Shown: in pieces, positions 1-9,438 of the stretch
Numbering within the stretch: position 1 is the first letter of the stretch
How the letters are laid out: each line of letters begins with the position of its first letter
DNA from: Candidatus Margulisiibacteriota bacterium
GTDB lineage: Bacteria > Margulisbacteria > WOR-1 > O2-12-FULL-45-9
Reading direction: 5' to 3'
Assembly: GCA_041658745.1 (NCBI GenBank)
Contig: JBAZZP010000002.1
Location: forward strand, 76,833-140,832
Length of the DNA stretch: 64,000 nucleotides
Translations under genes and position numbers: made by a program
The notes under the pieces: model-generated
Database searches by the model: none
The model's input: the letters and a program-made list of their open reading frames with translations, nothing else
What the model was told of the DNA's origin: nothing

Positions 1-298
1 TTCCCCAACTGGCATTAAATTGTAAATTAGTTCCGATTATAGGCGCTAGTTGGGTTAAAGTGTGATTTAATTTCATCGCCAAATCATCTTTGACATCCGT
101 TTTTGTGCCAGCATTGTTTTGGGCTTTAGTGCTTTCTGCAATAACAATGCTAATAATATCTCCCAGCTTATAGGCTTTTTCGGTCGTATAAGGAGAAGCA
201 CTCTGGTCATTCCAAATGGTATCAGCAATAGAAGGAGTAAAAATTGCACTTAAAAAAAACAAAGCAATAAGGATTAAACTTTGTTTTGCATTTTTCAC
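1..298 (-). CDS. flgH: Flagellar L-ring protein FlgH (N-terminal part; gene continues beyond window start)
   Basis: Minus-strand translation of 1-298 gives V/MKNAKQSLILIALFFLSAIFTPSIADTIWNDQ...AYKLGDIISIVIAESTKAQNNAGTKT, matching the FlgH signature region. Candidate GTG start overlaps the flgA stop (GTGA). Sits in a flagellar rod/ring cluster. Not in the supplied ORF track because it runs off the window edge. Confidence 0.5.
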   Translation of the reverse strand, partial: MKNAKQSLILIALFFLSAIFTPSIADTIWNDQSASPYTTEKAYKLGDIISIVIAESTKAQNNAGTKTDVKDDLAMKLNHTLTQLAPIIGTNLQFNASWG

Positions 299-1008
299 AA
301 TACAACCTCAACGTCGCTTGCCGAAATAATCTTTCCGTTAAGCGGTTTTTTAGAGTCGTCTCTTTGAACGTTAATTCTATCTCCCATGCTTCCGTCTCCC
401 AAGGCTTTTCCTTTTGCCTTAATAATAATCCCTTCGCTAACTACCTGAATTGTAACCCGATCGCCGTGCCGAATCAAAGGGATTTTTTTTAGCATCCAGG
501 TAAAAATAGTGCTTTTGGCTGGAATAACAGTTTTGGCTTCGCTACTGCAGATAGGATCTATTTTAGTAAAATATTTTTGCGGGAAAAGAGCAATGTCTTT
601 TAGCTCAATTTTTAAATCGGAAGGAGTAATGGTTTGACCGCGTTTTATAAGATGCGAAGCTACAACGATGTTTTTAAATATTTCTACTTTTGCATGCACA
701 AATATTTTTTCAGTTCTTTTGATTGTTTTGACTTGTATCGGAAATACCACATTTCCAAGTGGGCGAAAATATTTATAAGTTGAACTGATCTTTAACTGGG
801 CAGCATTTTCAACCGCAGTCAGTTTAGCAAAAGCTGGATCAGTGTCTTTAAAGGTAATACGAACCTCTAAACCCGACCAATCAGGATATTTGTTAATAAC
901 ATAATGTTTAATTAATTGCGTTAAACGTCCTTCGGGGTTTTCCATAGCCAACGAGCTAGATACGAAAAATAGCCCTATCCCCAATAATATACTTAGTATT
1001 TTTTTCAT
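295..1008 (-). CDS. flgA: Flagellar basal-body P-ring formation protein FlgA
   Basis: 237 aa with a signal peptide. The C-terminal SAF/FlgA-like region (RGQTITPSDL...GDRVTIQVVSEGIIIKAKGKALGDGSMGDRINVQ) is typical of FlgA. Adjacent to flgG and flgH. Confidence 0.7.
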   Translation of the reverse strand: MKKILSILLGIGLFFVSSSLAMENPEGRLTQLIKHYVINKYPDWSGLEVRITFKDTDPAFAKLTAVENAAQLKISSTYKYFRPLGNVVFPIQVKTIKRTEKIFVHAKVEIFKNIVVASHLIKRGQTITPSDLKIELKDIALFPQKYFTKIDPICSSEAKTVIPAKSTIFTWMLKKIPLIRHGDRVTIQVVSEGIIIKAKGKALGDGSMGDRINVQRDDSKKPLNGKIISASDVEVVL

Positions 1009-1809
1009 TTACCCCTGTCTCATTGAAGAAAGATTTGTGAGCATAGATTCATATGATTGGACAGCTTTAGTGATAGTATCAAATACCCTTTGTGCCATAA
1101 CTAGGTCCATCATGCTGGAAATAACATTAACATTGGATTGCTCAAGGGCAAACTGTTTGATTTTACCAAAGCTTTCTTCTCCCGCTACGCCAAGAATTTC
1201 ATCGCCCGAAGAATCAGTGGCTTGGTACAAATTTTGGCCAACATTTTTTAAGCCGTTTTGATTGGGAAAACGAACAACTCCGATCTGTCCAATTTCTGAA
1301 TAAGCCGATTCGTTATTCACCGCTGCATACACAATCCCGTCTGAGCCAATTAGGATGGAAGTTGTGCCTTCTGGAAAAACAATTTCTGAATCAAGCATAT
1401 TTCCGCTGGGGGTTACCATGTTGCCAGCATTATCCATGTGAAAATTCCCTGCTCGGCTATAGGCAGAAGAACCATCTGCCATTTTTATTTTAAAGAAACC
1501 ATCTCCCTCAATTGCCAAATCTAGTGGGCGACTGGTGGTCTCAAGGGTTCCTTGGGCAAAATTGTGGGAAGTAGAAGCAACGCGAACACCAGTTCCGTAT
1601 TCCACGTTCACTGGCATGGCATCGTACCCTGCCATTTCTTGATAAAGAACATCTTTAAACTCTTTTTGGATATAGAATAAATCTTCCATATCGGTTTGCA
1701 CTTTTTTATATGCGGTGGTTTTGGCATTCGCTAGGTCATTAGTAATGTTTAAAACTTCGTCTTCTATCGCCGAAAGTCCGGTGGCTGCAACGTAGAGTGG
1801 TTGAAACAT
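1009..1809 (-). CDS. flgG: Flagellar basal-body distal rod protein FlgG
   Basis: 266 aa. N-terminal rod motif LANAKTTAYK and C-terminal SNVNVISSMMDLVMAQRVFDTITKAV are characteristic of FlgG/FlgE-family rod proteins. Confidence 0.8.
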   Translation of the reverse strand: MFQPLYVAATGLSAIEDEVLNITNDLANAKTTAYKKVQTDMEDLFYIQKEFKDVLYQEMAGYDAMPVNVEYGTGVRVASTSHNFAQGTLETTSRPLDLAIEGDGFFKIKMADGSSAYSRAGNFHMDNAGNMVTPSGNMLDSEIVFPEGTTSILIGSDGIVYAAVNNESAYSEIGQIGVVRFPNQNGLKNVGQNLYQATDSSGDEILGVAGEESFGKIKQFALEQSNVNVISSMMDLVMAQRVFDTITKAVQSYESMLTNLSSMRQG

Positions 1810-1826
1810 TTTTTATCCTCCTTTTA

Positions 1827-2603
1827 TTACTGTGACTTCCCTAATTCCATTGCTTTGCTCAAATTGTTACTTCGATCTTTTATAAAGCCGGTATTAATGT
1901 CAGAAATTTTTTGCAAAGAAATCATTTTCATCATCATTAAAGAAATGTCAGCATTAGATCCTTCCACATAACCCACAATTACTCGAGGATCTTCTACATC
2001 AATAAAAGCATCGTTTGGATCCCCTTTTTTAAAAATGCTTCCGCTTAGCGGGTCAAGCGACAAATTATTTTCGGGTTTTACGACTCTCAGTCGGTCAACT
2101 ATTTCGCCGTCTACTCTAATGTCGCCATCTTGCGAGATATCAATCATGCCTTCGGGATTAACAGTGATTGCTCCTCCCTGTCCCATTACCGGGAAATTAC
2201 CGGCAACCGACAATAATCTCCCATCTTTGTCCAAATGAAATCGTCCGTCGCGAGTATACCCTTCACCCCAATTGCCTTCTATAACAAAATAACCATCGGA
2301 GCCCAATGCAACATCTAGTGGCCCGTCGGTTTTGATTAAAGCGCCGGCTGTTTGATTAAAATAGGAACCGTCAACTTGAGGCTTCATGGGAGATAATCGT
2401 TGCTTAGCGGCTTCAAGCTCAATGGGGAATGAACGGGAGGTAACAGATGATTCGCGATAGCCGGGGATCTGCGAATAAACAATGTTGTCCATCAGCTTCT
2501 TGTATTCTTGTTCTGATTTGTCTATTGCAGCGCCACCGATTTCAAAAATGTGGTCTTGCATGCTGCAAAAATTATAGAATGGAATGTGGTAATTGTCAAA
2601 CAA
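1827..2603 (-). CDS. flgF: Flagellar basal-body rod protein (FlgF/FlgG paralog)
   Basis: 258 aa with the conserved rod N-terminal region (IVYSQIPGYRE) and C-terminal SNADISLMMMKMISLQK. The true start is probably the internal Met near 2561 (MQDHIFEIGGAAI...). Confidence 0.6.
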   Translation of the reverse strand: MFDNYHIPFYNFCSMQDHIFEIGGAAIDKSEQEYKKLMDNIVYSQIPGYRESSVTSRSFPIELEAAKQRLSPMKPQVDGSYFNQTAGALIKTDGPLDVALGSDGYFVIEGNWGEGYTRDGRFHLDKDGRLLSVAGNFPVMGQGGAITVNPEGMIDISQDGDIRVDGEIVDRLRVVKPENNLSLDPLSGSIFKKGDPNDAFIDVEDPRVIVGYVEGSNADISLMMMKMISLQKISDINTGFIKDRSNNLSKAMELGKSQ

Positions 2604-2622
2604 TATTATGGCGAGAAATTTA

Positions 2623-2916
2623 CTATTTTTTCTTTTCTTCTTGAATCCGTTTTACTACCCGCTCTCGTTTCTCTGCCATGCGATCAAGCTTGTAAACAAA
2701 AAAGAGAACTTCGGCCACCAATGTGTAAAGAGCAGCCGGAATTTCGGTGTCCATTTCCAGTTTAGATAATAGTTTTGCTAGTTCAGGGTCTTCGTAAAGT
2801 GGAATTTTATTTTCCTCAGCAATTCTTAGTATCTCGCCTGCCGAATTGCCGCGGCCGGAGGCCAAGATTAAAGGCGCTTTGTCACGATCAACATCGTAAC
2901 GCAATGCCACCGCCAT
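2623..2916 (-). CDS. FlhB C-terminal-domain-like protein (FhlB/YlqH family)
   Basis: MAVALRYDVDRDKAPLILASGRGNSAGEILRIAEENKIPLYEDPELAKLLSKLEMDTEIPAALYTLVAEVLFFVYKL matches the standalone FlhB-C (type III secretion substrate-specificity domain) family. The ORF track extends it to 3036 through a GTG, but homologs suggest the Met at about 2916. The 2917-3043 extension contains a dispersed GC-rich repeat. Confidence 0.6.
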   Translation of the reverse strand: MAVALRYDVDRDKAPLILASGRGNSAGEILRIAEENKIPLYEDPELAKLLSKLEMDTEIPAALYTLVAEVLFFVYKLDRMAEKRERVVKRIQEEKKK

Positions 2917-3020
2917 TTTTCTCTCTGGCGCAGCTGCCCCTTCTGGGGAACCTTCTTCGCCCGGGCCAACAATTTTTTCGTCTATTTCCGCCACATTATC
3001 CTCTTTATGCCTTTTTCTGC

Positions 3021-3041
3021 CTTCATGGGCCCTCACGGGCC
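3021..3041. repeat. Dispersed 22-nt GC-rich repeat (GGCCCGTGAKGGCCCRTGAAGG on the minus strand), copy 1
   Basis: CTTCATGGGCCCTCACGGGCC read directly. Near-identical to the copy at 12845-12865 and related to 54988-55036. Confidence 0.55.
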
Positions 3042-3043
3042 TT

Positions 3044-4327
3044 CTAGGCTTCTATGTCAATTCTTTTTAAAATGTCTTCCAGTTTTGAGATCATTGGTAT
3101 CAAATATGGTCGAATGCTGCACAATGCTGGATCAACCTTTACCTGGTATCCGGTTACCATATAATTTAGTTTAGCTAGTTTTTGCTGTAAATCACCAAAT
3201 TCTTTAGCAATCGAAGCTCTGGCTTCTTCTCCGTAGTCTTTTTCAGAAAAAACAAAGACCACATACACTTTGTTATCCTTAATGTACATCGAAAGCACCA
3301 TTTTGCCGATATTGGTGGTTTCCATCGACATGACAATCTGGGTATTGCTAGGATCAACCTGGGAGTCTTTCCCTTCCCCATCCCGTTTGATCACAATTTC
3401 AAAATTCTTAGGAGGGGTTGTCATGCTATTGGGTATTTCGTGATAAATATAGTTGGCTTCCTGCCTGCCAGGTTGCGACAAAATAGCCTGAGACAATAGA
3501 TTTTGCATAACTCCGTCAAGCTTTCCTTGCATTTCGGAAAGCGATGAAGACAAAACTTGGGCCTCAGCCGAATTAGCGTTGGGTGATTTTTCTTGTACTC
3601 CTTGCAGTAATGATTTTAAGGCCCGAACATCATTTACTAAATTTTGGCGGTCAGAAATTTTGTCCCCCGAAAATTTTTCCGTAAGGTTTTTTAAATTGCT
3701 GTCAAATTGTGCCAGTAATCCATTTAACTGGGCGATAAGGGTGGGTTCTAAAAGTCCTTTGCTCATACCTAAGGCCGTTGTTAGATTGGCCATTGATTCT
3801 TGCACTCCAATCATTTGCGAGGCTAAACCTGGGTTTTCAGCAAAGTATTGGCCAAGTACTTTTACGGCTTGCGGAGAATCAATTCCTTTCATTAGTAAAA
3901 GGACCGCTGCTTCTTGCATGGGCTGGGACATATTGGTGCCTTGCAGCATAGATAATATTTTTACAAAATTAGTGCGCGATATTTCTACCCCACTGCGCAA
4001 CATCAAAGAAGCTAATTTGGTATTAAAATCGGTGGGGTTAATTTGATTATTTAATAGATGGGAACGGATGTCTTCAACCGTTAGCGCCCGAACAACCGAT
4101 GGAGCAACTTTGGCCGCAGCAGCGGGCGTTGTGCTAGGTTGGGTTGGTTGTACTGGGGATGTTTCTTCCGGTTTTGCAGCGGGCCTTGCTGGGACACCAC
4201 GCACTCCCCCGCTGGTTTGTGCTTGTTCTGCTGGGTTAACAGGTGCCGAGGAAGTTGGTTTTCCGGTAGGCCAAATAATTGGCTTTCCAGGATGAATTCC
4301 CCCGCCTTCAGTCGTAAATTCAGCCAT
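3044..4327 (-). CDS. Putative flagellar hook-length control protein (FliK-like)
   Basis: 427 aa with a Pro/Thr/Ala-rich N-terminus, a long Gln/Leu-rich middle and a C-terminal region (MSMETTNIGKMVLSMYIKDNKVYVVFVFSEKDYGEEAR) resembling the FliK C-terminal domain. Sits immediately upstream of the FlhB-like gene, as in other flagellar loci. Confidence 0.35.
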   Translation of the reverse strand: MAEFTTEGGGIHPGKPIIWPTGKPTSSAPVNPAEQAQTSGGVRGVPARPAAKPEETSPVQPTQPSTTPAAAAKVAPSVVRALTVEDIRSHLLNNQINPTDFNTKLASLMLRSGVEISRTNFVKILSMLQGTNMSQPMQEAAVLLLMKGIDSPQAVKVLGQYFAENPGLASQMIGVQESMANLTTALGMSKGLLEPTLIAQLNGLLAQFDSNLKNLTEKFSGDKISDRQNLVNDVRALKSLLQGVQEKSPNANSAEAQVLSSSLSEMQGKLDGVMQNLLSQAILSQPGRQEANYIYHEIPNSMTTPPKNFEIVIKRDGEGKDSQVDPSNTQIVMSMETTNIGKMVLSMYIKDNKVYVVFVFSEKDYGEEARASIAKEFGDLQQKLAKLNYMVTGYQVKVDPALCSIRPYLIPMISKLEDILKRIDIEA

Positions 4328-4338
4328 TGCTTTTCCTC

Positions 4339-4365
4339 AAAAAAAAGACAGCTATCAAGCTGTCT
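4339..4365 (-). terminator. Rho-independent terminator downstream of rplY
   Basis: Perfect 8-bp stem AGACAGCT / AGCTGTCT with a 4-nt loop. On the minus-strand transcript it is followed by a run of 8 U. Confidence 0.55.
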
Positions 4366-4417
4366 TTGATTCTACTACATATATTATCGAAAAAGAAAGG
4401 GAAAAACTTGCAATCTT

Positions 4418-5146
4418 TTATTTCTTTTCAGCTCCGGCTGCTTTTTCCTTAGCTGGGGCAGCTCCAGGTGCGGATTTTTCTTTAACGCCCTCAGCGGCTA
4501 CTTCCGTTCCAGCAGCAGTTGCGGTAGCGGCGGCAGCTTCTTCAGCTGTAGGAGCCGCAGGTGTTACCACTTCTTCCTTGGTGGGCTGAGTAACCGTTGC
4601 AATCATTTCGTTTTTAGCCGATAAAATTTCAATCTTATCAGAAACTTTCAAATCTTCAACTTGCATAGATTCGTTTATCTTTAGATGAGTGACATCAACG
4701 TTGTATTTATCCGGAATATCGCCAGGAAAGCAACGAATCTCAATTTCACGCAATCCGTGAACCAAAACACCTGCTTCGTCTTTTACTCCAAAAGGAATTC
4801 CGATTAATTCTACTGGAATCTTTGCTTTTATTTTTTCATCCATGACGATATGTTTAAAATCAAGATGAATAATTTCATCGGTCATGGTGTCTTTTTGCAT
4901 AGCGTATGTTATTACCGGAATTGATTTTGTTTCTTTAGATCCTTCAACGATAAGATCAAAAATAAGATTAGTGCCGCTTTCCGAGCGCAAAACCTTTTTT
5001 ACATATTCCTTCATATCAACAGCAACGGGAGAAGAACCAAACTTGTGCCCATACACAATTGCCGGGATAAAACCAGTTCTTCTTACTTTTTTGGCTTCTT
5101 TGCCGAGTTGAATTCTGTCTTTTGCTTTTACTTCTACTTTAGCCAT
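4418..5146 (-). CDS. rplY: 50S ribosomal protein L25 / general stress protein Ctc
   Basis: N-terminus MAKVEVKAKDR...FIPAIVYGHK is the L25/Ctc signature. Long Ala/Glu/Lys-rich C-terminal tail. Confidence 0.8.
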   Translation of the reverse strand: MAKVEVKAKDRIQLGKEAKKVRRTGFIPAIVYGHKFGSSPVAVDMKEYVKKVLRSESGTNLIFDLIVEGSKETKSIPVITYAMQKDTMTDEIIHLDFKHIVMDEKIKAKIPVELIGIPFGVKDEAGVLVHGLREIEIRCFPGDIPDKYNVDVTHLKINESMQVEDLKVSDKIEILSAKNEMIATVTQPTKEEVVTPAAPTAEEAAAATATAAGTEVAAEGVKEKSAPGAAPAKEKAAGAEKK

Positions 5147-5201
5147 TTATTTTCTCCTCTGCTGTAACAATTTTATCATAGTAAATTGATTTATTCAACT
5201 T

Positions 5202-5227
5202 CCTGTCCCCCTAATCCCCTGATCCCC
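5202..5227. repeat. C-rich repeat CCTGTCCCCCTAATCCCCTGATCCCC (shares the core with the thiL internal repeat at 17275-17301)
   Basis: Shares the 13-mer GGGGATCAGGGGA (minus-strand sense) with the thiL insertion CCTGATCCCCCGGTCCCCTGATCCCCC. Confidence 0.45.
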
Positions 5228-5254
5228 AGATACCCGGGCAAAGTTAACTTAACC

Positions 5255-7174
5255 CTACTCCACCCCATACTTTAATATTATTCCACTACTCCCTACCGCC
5301 AATCCATTACTACTGTCAACAAAAGCAACGGAATATAAGTTTTGGCTTGTCCCGCTAGTTTGAGTAGTCCAAGTTGTTCCGCCATTGGTGGTGTGAAGGA
5401 TTGTTCCACTTAGTCCCACTGCCCAGCCATTATTAATGTCAGTAAAGAAGACGGAATAAAGGGACTGAGTTGTTCCGCTGGTCTGGGCCGTCCAGGTAGT
5501 TCCTTCGTTGGTGGTGTGACGAATTATTCCATTATCACCCACTGCCCAGCCATTATTAATGTCAGTAAAGAAGACGGAATAAAGGGACTGAGTTATTCCA
5601 CTGGTCTGAGCCGTCCAGGTAGTTCCTTCGTTGGTGGTGTGAAGGATTGTTCCACTTAGTCCCACAGACCAACCATTATTAACGTCAATAAAGAAGATGG
5701 AAGATAGATTCTGGGTTATTCCACTGGTCTGAACCGTCCAGATTGTTCCCCCATTACTGGAATGAAAGATTTTTCCATTATCACCCACAATCCAGCCATT
5801 ACTGCTATCAGTGAAAGCAATGGAAGCCATACTTCCCGAAACGCCGGTCTGGGGTGTCCAATTTGTTCCTCCATTGGTAGAGTGTAAGATTGTTCCCGAT
5901 CCGCCCACAGCCCAACCATTACTGCTGTCCGGAAAAGTGATGGAAGTTAGGGTAGCAGTTGTCTCACTGGACTGGGCTATCCAGGTCGTTCCACCGTTAC
6001 TAGAATGCAAAATTTTTCCACCTGTTCCCGCTACCCAGCAATTATCGGTCCCGGTAATTGCTACTGATCGATTTTGGGTAGTATCGTTTATCTGGTCAGT
6101 CCATGTTTCCCCTTCATTTGATGTGTGCAAGACTAATCCATTCGATCCTACTGCCCATCCGTTATTTCTATTGGTAAAAGTAACAGAGTTTAGGTCTGCT
6201 GAAGAAGGGGTACTATAAATTTCGTTCCATGTTTCCCCCTCATTAGTGGTGTGTAAAACTGCTCCAGTTCCCAATGTTACCACCCAGCCATGATTGCTGT
6301 CAGTAAAACAAACAGAAGCAAGGGTCTGCCCCGTCCCGCTGGTCTGAGCGGTCCAAGTAGTTCCTTCGTTGGTGGTATGCAGGATTATTCCACTAGTCCC
6401 CACTGCCCAGCCATTATTGCTGTCAATAAATGCGACAGATAAAAGTACTTCGGCCGTCCCGCTGGTCTGAGCGAGCCAGGTTGTTCCCCCGTTAGTGGTA
6501 TGCAGGATTATTCCACTATTACCCACAGCCCAGCCATTATTGCTATCAGTAAAGGCAACGGAATAAAGAGTATCTTGTGTCCCGCTGTTCTGTTCTGCCC
6601 AGGTTGTCCCGCCATCCGAGGTGTGTATGATTATACCGCCACTCCCTACCGCCCAGCCATTGTTATTGTCAATAAAGGAGACAGAACGAAGATAGGTACT
6701 TGTTCCGCTGGTCTGGGGGATCCAAGTTGTTCCGCCATTGGTGGTGTGTGAGATGGTTCCATTCTCACCTACGGCCCAGCCATTACTGCTATTGGTAAAA
6801 GCAACGGAATAAAGGATGTCATCTGTTTCGCTGGTCTGGGCAGTCCAAGTTATCCCTTCATTAGTGGAATGTACAATAACACCCTTGTATCCCACTGCCC
6901 AACCTTCACTGCTAATAAATTTAACTGATTTCAAGGTTTCACGATTACCTACTTGGCTTATCCAGGTGCCTTCCGGTGCCGGAATTGTAGTTGTAGTGCT
7001 TCCAGTCCCGGTGGTGGTTGTACCGGTTCCACTAGTTGTTGTAACCGTTGCAGTAGTGGTGGTAGCGGAATTAATGGTTGATCCGCAGCCTAGCGTAAGA
7101 AACAAGAGACAAGATACAAGGGACAAACAAATAATAAGCAACAATAAACCAAAAATATTTTTTCGTATTAACAT
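5255..7174 (-). CDS. Secreted BNR/Ycf48-like beta-propeller repeat lipoprotein
   Basis: About 13 tandem repeats of GWAVG..G.ILHTTNGGTTW..QTSGT..L.SV.F (BNR/Asp-box-like SxDxGxTW; Ycf48/sortilin-type propeller). Lipobox LTLGCGS followed by a Thr-rich linker. Start re-assigned to MLIRKN (AGGAGG RBS 7 nt upstream); the ORF track gives 7204. Confidence 0.6.
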   Translation of the reverse strand: MLIRKNIFGLLLLIICLSLVSCLLFLTLGCGSTINSATTTTATVTTTSGTGTTTTGTGSTTTTIPAPEGTWISQVGNRETLKSVKFISSEGWAVGYKGVIVHSTNEGITWTAQTSETDDILYSVAFTNSSNGWAVGENGTISHTTNGGTTWIPQTSGTSTYLRSVSFIDNNNGWAVGSGGIIIHTSDGGTTWAEQNSGTQDTLYSVAFTDSNNGWAVGNSGIILHTTNGGTTWLAQTSGTAEVLLSVAFIDSNNGWAVGTSGIILHTTNEGTTWTAQTSGTGQTLASVCFTDSNHGWVVTLGTGAVLHTTNEGETWNEIYSTPSSADLNSVTFTNRNNGWAVGSNGLVLHTSNEGETWTDQINDTTQNRSVAITGTDNCWVAGTGGKILHSSNGGTTWIAQSSETTATLTSITFPDSSNGWAVGGSGTILHSTNGGTNWTPQTGVSGSMASIAFTDSSNGWIVGDNGKIFHSSNGGTIWTVQTSGITQNLSSIFFIDVNNGWSVGLSGTILHTTNEGTTWTAQTSGITQSLYSVFFTDINNGWAVGDNGIIRHTTNEGTTWTAQTSGTTQSLYSVFFTDINNGWAVGLSGTILHTTNGGTTWTTQTSGTSQNLYSVAFVDSSNGLAVGSSGIILKYGVE

Positions 7175-7224
7175 TGAAAAACCTCCTAGAATTAATTCCT
7201 TCATACCAATTTTATCATATTACA

Positions 7225-8967
7225 TTACTCGGCGTACTTCTTTTCTAGCCGATTATCCCGATACCAGGTTAAAATATCGCGAGCAACGGAGGCAGAGGCT
7301 TGATCCCCGTGTTGACCATGTTCAACAAAAGCTACAATCACAATTTCAGGGTTATCATAAGGGGCATAACAAATGAACCAGGCATGTGGCAAGCCCGGAT
7401 TTTCAGCCGTACCGGTTTTACCAGCGGCGGGGATTCCTGGAACCTTGGCTACAATGCCAGTGGCTCGTTTAACAACTTCCCGCAAAGCATTGCGAATAAT
7501 TTGTATATTTTTATCTGATAAGGGAACTTTATATGCGATCCGTGTTTTTCCCTCTGTGATGGTAATTCCGTTCCTATCCGTTATTTTAGTGACAATATAA
7601 GGTTTTGGGATAGCTCCCGTGGCTATTCCAGCATAAACCCCTGCCATTTGCATGGGGGTAACTTGAACATAGCCCTGTCCAATTCCGTAATTCATTGATT
7701 CCCCTTCATACCATGGTTCATGTAGTGTGTCTTTTTTCCAGCTTTTAGAAGGAACTAATCCCTTTTTTTCTTGCGGTAAATCGATGCCGGTTCGTGAACC
7801 CAAACCAAATTTTTCGGCATAACTGGCAAGTTCGTCGGGACCGATGCGCATTCCAAGTTGATAAAAGACTACGTCACAAGATTGCACTAATCCTTCAACA
7901 ATGTTTATTGCCCAGTGGCCAGTTTCTTTCCAACATTTGGCAATACGATTATTGATACGATAATAGCCGGGACAATTGAACATTTCTTGCGATTTTGCAA
8001 AATTGCCTTCCAAAGCGGCAGTTAAAGTAACTACTTTAAAAGTTGAACCCGGCGGATAAATGGCTAATGCGCGGTTCATAAATGGATGGTAAGCGCTATT
8101 GAGACTGGCCCACGCCCCTTTTTCCATTGGTTTTACAAATAAATTAGGGTCGTAATTAGGATGGCTGGTCAGAGCCAATATTTCCCCCGTTTTTGGATCC
8201 ATTACCACCACTGCCCCGGCCTTTGCTCCCAAAGCCTTTTCAACCGCCATTTGCAGATTTATATCCAGGGTGGTTTGCATATCTGCTCCGGGAATTGGTT
8301 CTAGTGATTCTAAAATCCGTAGCGGGTTACCGTACACATCAACCTCGATTTTTTTGCCGCCATCAATTCCCCGCAATTGTTTATCATATACTTTTTCCAA
8401 CCCATCTTTGCCGATAAAGTCGCCAATTCTGTAGCCTTCTTCTTTTAATTTCAAAAGGTCATCTCGCTGGATTTCACCAATGTATCCCAAAACATGGCAC
8501 GCTGCGCTGCCATACGGATAACGCCGCACGGGAGAAGTTCGAACCACCACACCATCCAAATCTAATCTTCTTTCTTGGATGCGTATGGCGATTTCTTTTT
8601 GAATATGGTCCTTTACAATAATTGGTTCAGTTGCCGAAACTTTGTAATCAATTTTATCTCCCAGCAAAATGCTTAACTTGTTTAAAATATATTTTCGCTC
8701 ATTTGCTGGCTTTTTGTTTAGAATATAAGGTAAAACATGGACTGAAAATACCGGTTGATTTTCTACAATTGCTTTACCCTTCCGATCATAGATAATCCCC
8801 CGCGGAGCAGGATCGGAAACAATTTTGGCTGCATTATCAATGCTTAGATCGCTTAATTTATGGTGTTGGATGATTTGCAGATAAAATAAACGTAAAAAAA
8901 GCGCCGAAAAGATTAAAATAAATACAATCGTCAGTGCAATATTTTTATTTCTATTTATCTTGATCAT
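7225..8967 (-). CDS. mrdA: Penicillin-binding protein 2 (elongasome transpeptidase)
   Basis: N-terminal TM, PBP dimerisation domain, transpeptidase motifs STFK, SCD-like and KTGTA. Located in the mreBCD cluster. Start probably the internal Met (MIKINRN); overlaps mreD by a few codons. Confidence 0.8.
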   Translation of the reverse strand: MIKINRNKNIALTIVFILIFSALFLRLFYLQIIQHHKLSDLSIDNAAKIVSDPAPRGIIYDRKGKAIVENQPVFSVHVLPYILNKKPANERKYILNKLSILLGDKIDYKVSATEPIIVKDHIQKEIAIRIQERRLDLDGVVVRTSPVRRYPYGSAACHVLGYIGEIQRDDLLKLKEEGYRIGDFIGKDGLEKVYDKQLRGIDGGKKIEVDVYGNPLRILESLEPIPGADMQTTLDINLQMAVEKALGAKAGAVVVMDPKTGEILALTSHPNYDPNLFVKPMEKGAWASLNSAYHPFMNRALAIYPPGSTFKVVTLTAALEGNFAKSQEMFNCPGYYRINNRIAKCWKETGHWAINIVEGLVQSCDVVFYQLGMRIGPDELASYAEKFGLGSRTGIDLPQEKKGLVPSKSWKKDTLHEPWYEGESMNYGIGQGYVQVTPMQMAGVYAGIATGAIPKPYIVTKITDRNGITITEGKTRIAYKVPLSDKNIQIIRNALREVVKRATGIVAKVPGIPAAGKTGTAENPGLPHAWFICYAPYDNPEIVIVAFVEHGQHGDQASASVARDILTWYRDNRLEKKYAE

Positions 8968-9436
8968 TATTAGACAACCTTTTGATGATCGGAAATAAAA
9001 CAAAAACCATTAAGCTGTTTAAAATAGTAGAACTAATAATCGTACCCATAAATCCCCAAAGCAAAAAATTATGGCCAAAGAAAAAGCCTAAGATCCAAGC
9101 TTCCAGACAAAGGGTGATTGGGGTAAAGATGGTGACAAAGCAAAGGGATAGGCTAAATTTATCATCCCAAAAACTATCCCGCAGAATATTGGCTGAAACC
9201 GCCATTAGTACTTTTGACAATAGGCTAACAAAAACCCCATAACCTAATAACTCTGCGGAAAAGGCGGCCAAAAAAGCAAAGATGGTAGCCGACTCAATTT
9301 CCGTAAGAACCGAAAAGATAATGATTGAAGTTAAAATTAAATCGGGAAAACCGCCAAAAATGTTTATTCGACCAAGCAAGACGTTTTGAATTATTAATAT
9401 GCTAATGAGGTAGATGGCGATTTTAACTATTCGCAT
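8951..9436 (-). CDS. mreD: Rod shape-determining protein MreD
   Basis: 161-aa polytopic membrane protein immediately downstream of mreC, in the conserved mreBCD-mrdA order. Confidence 0.5.
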   Translation of the reverse strand: MRIVKIAIYLISILIIQNVLLGRINIFGGFPDLILTSIIIFSVLTEIESATIFAFLAAFSAELLGYGVFVSLLSKVLMAVSANILRDSFWDDKFSLSLCFVTIFTPITLCLEAWILGFFFGHNFLLWGFMGTIISSTILNSLMVFVLFPIIKRLSNNDQDK

Positions 9437-9438
9437 TT

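Noticed and set aside
286-492. Small plus-strand ORFs (for example 286-492, 1037-1261, 63499-63681 minus)
   Set aside because: They overlap or are antisense to well-supported genes, or are AT-rich intergenic frames without an RBS. Likely spurious.
3036-3036. GTG start giving a 137-aa FlhB-like protein
   Set aside because: Homologs begin near MAVALRYD. The 40-codon extension consists mostly of the GC-rich dispersed repeat, so the shorter model is preferred.
5811-7376. Plus-strand ORFs (5811-6218, 6500-6751, 6816-7376) with Pro/Val-rich translations
   Set aside because: They lie antisense within the repetitive BNR/Thr-rich coding region. The repetitive codons create long antisense frames, and there are no RBS or domain signals.
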